NCBI GenBank assembly: GCA_013265495.1
Contig: MU058384.1
Span: forward strand, 6,344,956 to 6,408,955
DNA length: 64,000 bases
Direction of reading: 5' to 3'
From: Vicugna vicugna
Lineage: Eukaryota
In this document: in pieces, positions 39,741 through 50,265 of the stretch
Numbering within the stretch: the stretch's first letter is position 1
How the letters are laid out: every line of letters begins with the position of its first letter
Program-made: the position numbers and the translations under genes
The notes under the pieces: model-generated
What the model was told of the DNA's origin: nothing
What the model saw: the letters and a program-made list of their open reading frames with translations, nothing else
The model's database searches: none

Positions 39741-42700
39741 AGAAAGTCTCCTACAATTGCTGATTTATAATTTAAACAGAAACCCTAAATAGCTGTTAAT
39801 ATTACTGATGTACTTAAGTCCCCATCCTCTACATTCCAGAAAAGAAGCATGAATATAACTGTTTAATTATTTATCCATAGATAAATGGTTTCAAAAAGAG
39901 TATTTCTGGAGGTTTATAATATAATATTCTTTAAAATAAGGGTTAAATAACCTACACTCAGTTGAAAGAAAAAGAGAAAGGGTATAACACAGGTATTGGT
40001 GATTGTGAGATGTACTAGAATACAGGGTTTGAAAACCCACGACTACCACAGAGCACACAATGATTTCTCAATCCCAAAAAAATAACAACAGGAAGGAAAA
40101 CATGACTAGTTAAATAGTTCTTGATGTAGACAATACAGAATGTGAAACAGTAACTTTCTTTGCAATGCTTTTACCATGAAACAATTAAAAATAGTTCACA
40201 TTCCCTATACACTCAGGCACTATGGTTGGGCTCAGTAAGAAGCCTCAGGTTTATTCTACTGAGGATGAGAAATCCTGGCTAAGCGTTTTCAGTATGTTGT
40301 AGAATACTCAGAATTGAATATGGGAGGATTCAAGTGGATTCAAATCAGTCTGAAATTATCAGTAAAGCCGTACCCTGTGTGACTTCAAGGTCCATCAACG
40401 GAAGTCCTCCAGACTCAAAACTACAACAAATGTCATAAATGAAAGCTCTGGGACATGAAAACACCAAGCATGCTTGGACTGTAAAGAACGCAGGCTGGGA
40501 CTCAAAAACTCAAGTATGAACCCTGACTCTGTCACCCACTGGCTGTAGGTGATAACACCTCTTTAGTCTCCCTGGTCCGTAGTTTAATTACACCTGTGAA
40601 ATGACAGAGTTGGCCTGTTTGATCTCTGCTGTCTCTTCAAGCTTTAACATGCAAAGAGTCTACCAAGAGTCTACCAAAGGGGTAACATTTAGAACAAGGA
40701 AAAAACTATTTAAATACATACACTTAAATGTCTAGGAGCTTTTTCATATACATCCAAATGCCAAAGGATATTGTTTAATAATGTTATAAAAGTCTGAAAA
40801 AAGTTTTAACAACACACAAATTTTTCCTTTCATATCAATTCCTAAATTTGTTATGTGTCACAAAGACAGGGAAAATCAGGCACTGGGAGCACAGTTTTCC
40901 TTCCAATTCCTTGTATAAAAGTTAATACACTCAATCTAATAAAATCTAACAGCAAAGCAACTTCCAGCTTAAGATCGCAACATCAACATTCAATCCATCT
41001 TCATGTAACAAACACCAATATCCTGAAAACCTTCAATTAATTCCCTTACACCTCAAGCTTGACATTAAGGGCTCAAGAATGAACATAACATATATATAAT
41101 TATAATGACAGTGCAAGAAACAAAATAAACTAAGGAGAAAAAAATTAGTCAACCATTAAAATATTAAACCTACCAAACCAGAAACATTCAGTATAAAATT
41201 TAGTCCCTTGAAGATTAGCAAATTCACTCAATATTCTGAAACAATTATGTACAGCCTGAAACCATCATGAACGATTCCTGATTTACTTCTGCAGAGTAAC
41301 TTCTGCACAATGGGATGTGTCAGAATCGCCCAAAAAGTAAGCAGATACCACTACAGTAAATATCATATAAATAAATGTTCAGCAGATGAGCACTCTAGAA
41401 AGACCTCTTATCCAACCACCGGTAACAAGTTACTTCATATTTAAACACCTCTTACAATTTTTTACAAAGGGTTTCAATCACAATTTATCTTCCTACAATA
41501 AAACATAGGTCCTCTAACTTTGAATGACTTTCTAATCTAAGATAGCAAACAAACAAAATGAGGGGAAAAAGCACCAGTCTAGCTGGGATCCCAGCCAATA
41601 AAAACTTTAGTTTATGGGAAAAAATAAAGTCCACAGACTCACAGTGAGGATGGAAACAATCACCCAAAACAAGAAGCGTGGTGGATATTATTATGCAAAT
41701 CACAGAGGACTGAAGAAAGGGAGAGCCTTCAGTCCAGGGTGGGCGAACAGCGGTGACTACCTTTATAAGAGTCTTATGGAAGGACACCTGCGCTGCCAGA
41801 CAGCTCGAGTTAGTAGTGCCCTGACATTATTTGTCTCTTTCAGCTTGCTCTCAATACTGAAGTCATAAAGGCTTTTTACTTTGAACTTACGGACTTCCAG
41901 GCTTACTCTCCTTAATATTAATATTTGAAGCATTGTTATGACCTGCGACATCTACTCTATACTTTACATTACTGAATACGATAACTAAACTATGGCCATA
42001 TGTAGTCAAGCAATGTACAAAAGCATACAATGTCTATCAATTTGTCAAAGTCATGCATTTAAAACCCACTGATTATAACAGTAGTGATCAGACGCACCCA
42101 CATGTTATAAGATTTGTAAAATAAACAGAAAACTTTGAGGCAGGTGGTATTCAGAAAAAATTAGCTAAAATAAGAGTATAAAGTTTAAAGACATCCTGAG
42201 CAATCTAAAAAACAATCATAATATACTTTCAAATCTTTGTTGAATAAATATGTTAACTTCCCGTGCATGACTTTAATCTATTGTTTAATTCCGGGTCAAA
42301 GTGAAGTAACCCAAACATGCACTCTGTTATATAAAAGACCCAGAGGATGAAATTACATCTCTCTTTAATAAGATCCTTTGAAATCCTATACTAGAGTAAC
42401 TTAGCAGCCAAATTATTTTTCTTCTGTTAATGCTGATTGAGCAGTAAATAATAACTAGGAGAAAAACAAACATGTAAAATAAAGTGTTTCACACCTTTGC
42501 CAGAGCTTTCTTAAGTGACCCTGACCTACTAGCAACTTTAGTACAAGCTCAGATGCAGTTATTTCATCAACCTTTCTAAGTAAAGCCTTAATTCAATGCA
42601 GTTTTCAGGGGGTTAATTTTAATTTCTAAATGTTAAAAAGCAGTACACAAGAGTATTCAAATTTTAGTGTTGAGGCTGAAACGAATAAAAAATCTTGTTT

Positions 42701-42794
42701 CAAAACACAGTGCTGTTGTTAATGGCCTTAGCCTCATAAGGTGCATAAGCCGTCCCAGCCTCCATTTTTGTATCTATAAAATAGTTTTAAACTA

Positions 42795-42948
42795 AAAAGA
42801 GGGAAAGAGAGAAAGAGAGAGAGAAAGAAAGAGAGAAAGAGAAAAAGAAAGAAAGAAAGAAAGAGAGAGGGGGGAGGGAGGGAGGGAGGGAGGAAGAAAA
42901 GAGAGAAAGAGAGAGAGAAAGAAAGAAAAGAAGAAAGAAAAAAAGAAA
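42795..42948. repeat. Pure purine (GA-rich) low-complexity tract including (GGGA)n
   Basis: About 155 nt containing only A and G on the plus strand. Confidence 0.95.
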
Positions 42949-43062
42949 ATGAAGGGTTTGGTCAGTGCAATCTCGAAAGGTCCCTACCTCCTCTAAAACA
43001 AGTCCACTGGCCCTCAGTACCAAGCACAGCAATCGAAAAGGAGACAAATCACGCAAGACAGT

Positions 43063-43200
43063 GGGGAGGGTACAGCTCAGAGGTGGAGTGCGTGCTTAGC
43101 ATGCACAAGGTCCTGGGTTCAATCCCCAGCATCTGCAACTAAATAAATAAATAGATAAATAACCTAATTACCTCTCTCCCCAAAACAAAGAAAAAAAAAA
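43063..43200 (+). mobile_element. Vic-1-type SINE
   Basis: Family head and tail with poly(A); TSD-like aaatcacgcaagaca / aaatcaggccagaca. Confidence 0.92.
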
Positions 43201-43559
43201 TCAGGCCAGACATTTAATGTAAAAGAAGTGTGAGTGCGCTTTTGAATCTTCCTAAAGAGCCTGGTGTAGAAAAACCAGTGTAGACTCCAAATTCCACTTG
43301 AACTCCTTTTTTAATCAGCAGCCTGAAAAATAAGTAACCATCTATTTTATTGTTCTTGGTCTGCCCCTTTCACATCACTTCTGGTGTGATCTGCAAATTA
43401 AAGAAAATGTTAATATAAAAAAAGTGGACACAGATCAAACTTTTTCCTTATGTATGAAAACTCAAAAACATTTCAAATTGTTGTTGTCAAAGGTACAAGT
43501 CAGGATGGAAAAACAGAGAGTATATCTTCCCAGTGGATTCTCCTAGCAGGTACGATTGT

Positions 43560-43740
43560 CAGCTCTGGAGTCAAAATGCCCGGGTTAAAATCCTGCTCCC
43601 ACACCCACGAGTGGGGTGACCCCTTCATCTATAAACTGGTGGATAATAATAGTGCCCACCTCATCAAGCCGTTATGGGAATTAAATCAGTCGATACCTAT
43701 AAAGCACTTAGAAAGTTCAAGTGAGGACTATGTAAATGTT
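43560..43740 (+). mobile_element. MIR SINE
   Basis: gctctggagtcaaaatgcccgggttaaaatcctgctcc...tcatctataaactggtggataataatagtgcccacctca...taaagcacttagaa. Confidence 0.75.
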
Positions 43741-43880
43741 CGCTGTGAGCACCTGGGGTTCACAACCAAGTTGCAATCCACTGTCCACATGTGTCACTCA
43801 CAGCAGCTTGGGGAAACAATAAAAGCTAAGAACAAAGCTGGCAGCATTTGTCCTTCCTTTTTAAACTCTCATTTACTTTT

Positions 43881-43985
43881 AGATTTTTGTTTCTGTTGTT
43901 AGTGGAGGTACTGGGGATTGAACCCAGGATCTTGTTGTGCGTGCTAAGCATGTGCTCTACCACTGAGCTATACCCTCCTCCATCC
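43881..43985 (-). mobile_element. Vic-1-type SINE (short-tail variant)
   Basis: tRNA-Ala-like head; 13-bp TSD ctcatttactttt at 43868-43880 and 43986-43998. Confidence 0.92.
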
Positions 43986-45573
43986 CTCATTTACTTTTTT
44001 TTGCAGACCTTTCTTCACCCTGCTATCCTGGCTCCTGCCAAGAGCTTGAACATGAACTTCTTCACATCTTAACCCTTACAAGGGTATCTGCATCCTAAAG
44101 AAGTCTGAGCAGAGAAATCAATCCTTCATCCAAGAAGATAATGAAATGAAAGAATTCCATGTACTTTGAGACAAGTACTTTCTCAGTCTGACTCTCTTGT
44201 CAACTTTGTCCCAATCACATCTACATAAATAGGCTCTTCTTTTTGTTGGATGGACTGATATCCAAAGAAAACAGAGCGAGCAGTTTCTTCCAAAGATGAG
44301 AAGCATTTTCATTAACCACAACAGTGTTTCTTTTTCTCTGGTCTCTTCTTAATGGTTTCAATGCAAAAAAAATAAACTTGCCATGCTAACACACAGCCTT
44401 AAGTCCTAGTCAGTGTGACCTACTTTACTAAATGAAAACTGAAAATGTCTCTCAATAATCTATGTATTGAATTCTAGATCGCCTACCATTTTTTAAAATA
44501 GTGCCTATTGCTGATCTGATCTTCTTTACACTACTTAAGCACTTAATCCTATCATGTTTCCATCCACTTTCTGATCTTGAGTGGACAAATGTCCTTCCCT
44601 CCTATGGGACTGCAAAAAAGAATGTCATGCCCTTAGACTCTCCAAGGATACAGGCATTCTCTAATGCCTCACCTTCCATCACAGGGTGTATCCCTCCCTC
44701 CCAACATTACCTCCTTCATTCTGACCTCCACTGAGCCCTCTTCTCCTTTCTGCGACAACGTGAGTCTACTCTCCACAGAGTTTTTCCCCCATCATCAACC
44801 ATGCTCAAGCCGCCACTTGTTTGAAAAAGGTGCCCCCCACCAATTACTGTTCTGCTTCTCTAAACATACAAGCTTCCTCTTACTTTCTCATCATCTTTTC
44901 TGTATTGAACCTCTGAGATGTCTCCACTTGCCACAACTCTCATGGGACTCTATGCTCAAGTGCCACCAATGGCCTTCTAATCAACAAACAAAACAGCCTT
45001 TTTCTCAGTCCCCATTCTGCTTGCCTTTTTGAAATGTCACCGATTACCAGCTCCTTCTGAAAGTGGCTCCTGGTCACTAGCCCTGAAGACAGTCTTATCC
45101 TCCTGTCCTTTCGTTTCCCTGTCTCAATCTCCCCGACCTATCTTCCTCCTTCCACTTCATAAACATGGTTTTCTCCTATGTGTATCCTCAGCCTTCTGCC
45201 TTTTGGCCAGATACCATTTCCCCTCATATACAGCACCTCAAAAACAATACTGTTCTACTCTGTATGACCATCCCCTCCACGGCACAACAGAGCTTCATCA
45301 GTTGCTAGTTTGACATGTTCTCAAAAGTTCTAAATTCCAACATATCTTCCTGGCTACTTAAGTCACTGACACCTGCTCCTGAACTCCCTACTGGTATCCT
45401 CTAAGCTTGAAACCCCAGGGTGGTCCTTGCCTTTTCCTTCTCCAAATCCACCACTGACCTTCCTCCTATTAACCCTGGCGGTTAGCAACCAAATTCAGTA
45501 AAACTTCCTTTTCAAGTTCTTTTCATTGATTCTTTCCTAGCTTTCTTTCCACTGTTACATCATTAGTTTAGGC

Positions 45574-45787
45574 CAGGAGTTGGCCAAGTATGGTCTGCAG
45601 CCTGCCACCTGTTTATGTAAATAAAGTTTTATTAGAACCCAGCCAAGCCCATTCACATACATTTAACCCACAGCTGCTCTCACACTCCACCAGCAGAGAT
45701 GAGATGTTGTAGAGAGATTGCATGGCCAGAAAAGCAAAAAATATTTACTGTCTTGTCTGTTACAAAAATAACATTTTGCTGCCCCTG
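45574..45787. mobile_element. MER58A-like hAT-Charlie MITE
   Basis: Consensus-like body (cctgtttatgtaaataaagttttattagaacccagcca); 8-bp TSD gtttaggc / gtttaagc. Confidence 0.88.
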
Positions 45788-46303
45788 GTTTAAGCCCTTT
45801 TCCGTTCACATAAACACTGCTTCAAGGCTCCCTAAACCACCTTCTCTGCCAAGTTTTACACCTTCACTCATCTCCCTACCATCTGGTTAATTTTCCTAAA
45901 ACACTGTTTTAAAAATATTACTTTCTTGCTCCAAAATTATGGGAGTTTCCATTATGTCCAAGATAAAGGTCAAGGCAGTATCTTCCACATCTCTACTTCA
46001 TGTTGTGACAAGCATCACACTGAACCCCAAGCAACATCTAAACACCTAAGCTTGGCTTCAAAGACACTTTCAGTCTCATCTCAGGATTTCTTAACCATAT
46101 TTCCCGCCATTCTACATCTTCAGTTCCACAAAGCTTCTGATTTGGTCATTCTAATCCACTGACAGTTCCTGGGCAGGCTGCACTGCCCTATATTCTGTAC
46201 ATTTGAGTCTTCATTTCTGCTAGTCCCCAGGCCAGGGCAGGTCCTTTTGTGCCCCTATCGTTTCATCCAGTATTTCAAGATCAGGTATGATCTAGCCTAT
46301 CTA

Positions 46304-46418
46304 TTGGAGGGGGGGCAGTAATTAGGTTTATTTTTTTAGAGGAGGTAGTGGGAATTGAACCCAGGACCCTGTGCATGCTAAGCATGCACTCTACAACTTG
46401 AGCTATCCCCTACCCCCT
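46304..46418 (-). mobile_element. Vic-1-type SINE
   Basis: Family head and tail; perfect 16-bp TSD tgatctagcctatcta at 46288-46303 and 46419-46434. Confidence 0.95.
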
Positions 46419-46688
46419 TGATCTAGCCTATCTAGAATTCCTGTGACCTTTCTTGCACAGACTTTCCCTGCTGATAGCGTAGTACTTATTATTCAATACT
46501 GTGAACCTGGCAATGTTATTTTACTTACTTGCTTTAATTCTGCATCGTCATGTGTTTGTCTTTTCACCAGTGCTCTCAGTAATTTAATACAGCACATTCT
46601 AGTAAATGTTCAAAGAAACCTCCTCAGATAGTTTGCAGGGAATAAATACATAAACAAATAACTCACTGAAAATAGACATAATCTAGAT

Positions 46689-46906
46689 CAATGAATCTTG
46701 CCTCCTCCAGGAAACATTTGTCCCTGTCCAGGGACATTTTGATTGTCACTAAAAAGGAGAGAGTGGGGGAAGGAAGGAGGTACTACTGACATCTAGTGGG
46801 TAGATACCAGAAATGCTTCTAAACGTCATGCAAGTGCAGAGGACAGCCCCCCAGTACGAAGAATTTTCCGGGCCAAGTATCAATAACGCTGAAGTGAGTA
46901 TCTCTG
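46689..46906. mobile_element. MER20 hAT-Charlie MITE
   Basis: gacattttgattgtcac...tactactgacatctagtgggtagataccag...ggacagcccccc...aagaattttccgggccaagtatcaata; 8-bp TSD atctagat / atgtagat. Confidence 0.88.
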
Positions 46907-47229
46907 ATGTAGATCAATTTTTTGCTAAGTGGGGCTGCCTCAAAACATACTATCGACAAACACAGCAATAAGAAAATAATACTTGTTGATTATTTTCTTC
47001 TAAATATTTATGCTTTTTGCTACTTTCACAGAAAACACAAAGTAGATGTCTGAATACCTCCGTCGTACGCTGGCTTTTTCCCTGCCGTGCAAGATGACCC
47101 CAGTAACTAAGGTATAAAATGTGATCGTTGGGAAATTTGGAAGGAAGCACATCAAGGGAGAAGTCACTGACTCTGGCCACACACACTCGTGGCAACACTC
47201 CGTGCTTACAGGTGTTAACGGCAGTAGGC

Positions 47230-48740
47230 TCTAGCAGCTGTCTTACATAAACTGTCATCTCCTTAACCTCTACTTTTGGATGCCCCAGGGCTCAGTCCTT
47301 TCAATTTGTCTCTATCTAGATTTACTCTCTTGGTGATCTCAGCTAATAACATTTCCTTAAACACCACTGATATCTTGAAGCCTCCCAAATTTATATTTCA
47401 AGTCGAACCTTCTGAGTTCCACATGGTTACATCTAACTGACTCCCAACATTTCCACTCATTTTTCTAATATCAGGTAAAACAGTATGTCCCTATTAATTC
47501 AGTTGCTTAATACTCTCCTGGGAAGCTGTCCCCCTTGCAGAGCCTCAGCAATCCAGACTTCTTTGATCTTAGAGCTCCGCCGCACCTTTACCTGAGGCCC
47601 CCTCCGGCTTCTTCACGCTAGGCAGAGACCAAATGTGGTTCTCACCACCTCAGCCTGAACATGATACACACATCACTTTCCCTTGCATTTTGTGCACCAA
47701 AACCAGCACTGTGGTCCTGTCTAAACGTAAGGAGGCTGGGAAATGCACTCCTGGATGTGCCAGAAAAGAGTATGAAACAGGATCAGTGAAAACACGGCAA
47801 CGTCTCTGCTACCAGGTCTTAAAACTGAACTCCTGATCGCCACCCTCCATCTGTTCCTTCTAACTCATCCCATCTCAGTAGATGCCAACCCCACCCTTCC
47901 CATGGCTCAGGACAAAGACCTCAAAGTCAAGGTCTTTCTTTCTCTCACAATCCACATCCAATCAATCAGCAAGTTATCTTGGCTCTACATTCAAAATGTA
48001 TCCTGCACTCAACAATTTCTCACAATCTCTACTGCCATCTTGTCCATTTCACATCTGGATACTTACAAGAGCCCAGCTTCTGCTCTTGACCTCACATGGC
48101 CCATTTTCAACACGGCAGACGGGGTAATCTTTTAAAAACTTAAGTCACATTATGTCATCCCTAAGTTTAAAACCCTCAAATTGGTTCACATGTCACTCAG
48201 ACAAAAGCTCTAGCTCTTTTAATGGCCTCAAGACCCCGACGCAATCTGTACTCCTCCACCTCCACACTCTCAGCCTGATCACTTCCTTACTTCCCCTGAG
48301 TCCTCCACCAATGCCACCAACACCGGCTTCCTTTCTATTCCTTGAACATATCAGGCATGGTGCCAACATCTCATGGTTTTCAGTTGCTGTTTCTTCTAAT
48401 CAAAATCCACTTTCCCCAGATACCCACGTCTCCTTCAAATCCTCGCACAGTGCCACCTTCTCAGCGAGATCTCCTGTCTACTCCCCTCAAACTGCAACTT
48501 GCCCCACCCACATGTCTCAGCTCCAGAAGTTCCTACCCTCCTCTCTGCTTTATTCGGTTTTTCTTACTGCACTAGAACTATCTACTATCCCATACGGTTT
48601 ACTGCTCGTCTCTCCCCACTAGAACATAATAAGCTCCATGAGAGTAACATTTGTCTATTTCATCCACCAAGTATTTCCAACATCTAAAACCATGCTTCAA
48701 ATGTAGCAGTTTCCCAGGAACAATCACGGAATAAATTAGC
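47230..48740 (+). mobile_element. L2 LINE fragment interrupted by a MaLR LTR
   Basis: ggatgccccagggctcagtcctt...tctctcacaatccacatccaatcaatcagcaagtt...ccccactagaacataataagctccatgagag. Confidence 0.8.
47490..47815. mobile_element. Old MaLR (MLT1I/J-like) LTR nested in L2
   Basis: catcactttccc...aaggaggctgggaaatgcactcctggatgtgccagaaaagag...tctctgctacca. Confidence 0.6.
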
Positions 48741-48847
48741 CAACTGCCCAAATCTCATTTTCAAATAACCCTAGAATTTAACATAACATCTTACAATCAT
48801 ATACTAGACTAAAATTTGAGGGAAGACAGAAATTGTAATATACGTAT

Positions 48848-48995
48848 CTTTTAATTTAATTTTTTTTCCTTTTTGGGGGTAATTAGGTTTACTTAGTATT
48901 TTTTAAATTTTTTTTTTAATCAAGGTACTAGGGTTAAACCCAGGACCTCATGTATGCTAGGCACGTGCTCTACCAGTGTGCTATATTTTCCCTCC
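48848..48995 (-). mobile_element. Vic-1-type SINE (diverged)
   Basis: gggggtaattaggttt tail and aacccaggacctcatgtatgctaggcacgtgctctacca head. Confidence 0.88.
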
Positions 48996-49319
48996 TGAAT
49001 CCTTAGTTTAGCCAAGATCCTAACAGAGAGTAAGGAATCTTTATTTGTTTAAGTGAATCTGTTGAATTAGCCTCCAATTTCCATACATTCTGCTATCTTA
49101 TGACTTCCCACTCAAAAGATTTATTAAGAACAATTGTGCAGCTGATTTGTAATCATGGTAGAATAATTTACATTTCTCTCCAAGACTTAAGATATTTAAA
49201 GCCCTTGTTCTTTGTTTAAATAGAGATCATGTTGAGTCTTAATGCGCATTTTAAAACACCAATTGTGTTGAAGGGTCTGAAAACCATTTAAGTTGATCAA
49301 AACAAGTAAGATACTGTGT

Positions 49320-49530
49320 GTAGCAATGTGGATTCTGGAATAAGACTTGGTGAGCCCACATTCCATGAGTACAGCTTTCTAGCTGTCGCAACGTTGAATG
49401 AGATCTCTAAGCTCAGTGTCCTCTTGCTCTCCTTTAGACTGGGGTTATGACAGAGCCCACCACATGGGGCTTCTGTGTGGTTTAATGAGATGAGTCACAT
49501 AAAGCACTTAGCATGACGCCTATCAATGAA
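49320..49530 (+). mobile_element. MIR SINE
   Basis: tctctaagctcagtgtcctc...ttaatgagatgagtcacataaagcacttagcatgacgcct. Confidence 0.7.
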
Positions 49531-50145
49531 TGCAAACTCTTTTCATCAGTGAACATGTTCTGTTTGCTGTATACCTTATAGCAAAAGTTACATTACATTC
49601 ATCTTTCCCATTTCTCAAAATTATTCAAGCATGAAAGAAATATATTATATTTCTATCATAAATTACTATTTTCATTTTAATTCATAAGGTAGAATGAGTG
49701 GACAGTCAGTATACCATAATACCAAAATATCAATATGACCATAAGTTGTAAATTTAGACAAGGGACTTTTGGTACCCAGAGATATCATCGCTCTTAGCTG
49801 CACCTATACTGTCCAAACAAAATGCTCAAAGCTGGACAAGGACCCAGCTCTGGATTAGCAGGTGTGAGTCCTGGTGCTACGCCTCCCCACTACAAGTCCA
49901 TGGCAGACTACACTGTATTTATAATGTTACTCTCCAATGAGCCAAGACATAGCTTTAGGTTTCTTCCCAACATGGTTCTTATCAACTGATCAGAGCTGAC
50001 AGAAGAAAAGTCTAATATTTACTCTCTAGATCTTCACAAATGGCATGTAATCACAATTCATATTCTCCTCTCTCTCTCTCTGCATATATATGTATACATA
50101 GATATATGTGTGTCTGTGTGTGTGTGTGTATCCTAAAATTTATAA

Positions 50146-50265
50146 GGAGGGTATAGCTCAGTGGTACAGTGCATGCTTAGTATGTTCGAGATTATGGGAT
50201 AAATAAATAAACCTAATTACCTCCCCCCAAAAAACAAACAAAAGTATTAAAAAATAAAATAAAAT
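50146..50265 (+). mobile_element. Vic-1-type SINE with the B-box/T-arm region deleted
   Basis: Head GGAGGGTATAGCTCAGTGG...TGCTTAG joins almost directly to the tail aaataaacctaattacctcccccc. A (GT)n tract lies just upstream at 50107-50129. Confidence 0.85.

Larger units (their letters stand above)
44500..46660 (+). mobile_element. Degraded L2 LINE, interrupted by MER58A and a Vic-1 SINE
   Basis: Long C/T-rich stretch with L2-like words, ending in an L2-like terminus near 46590-46660. Confidence 0.5.

Noticed and set aside
42787..43056. Hydrophobic, transmembrane-like ORF
   Set aside because: It is the translation of the CT-rich low-complexity tract.
43450..43902. 150-aa plus-strand ORF
   Set aside because: Runs through a MIR and into a SINE tail, is antisense to EYA4, and has no recognisable domain.
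47000..47182. SVRRRYSD motif resembling a sorting-nexin PX domain
   Set aside because: Only a short match with no surrounding PX sequence and no other SNX exons; it lies within the EYA4 intron.
48152..48622. 156-aa ORF, the longest in the window
   Set aside because: Lies inside pyrimidine-rich L2 sequence, which is poor in stop codons; the S/P/L-rich product matches nothing I recognise.
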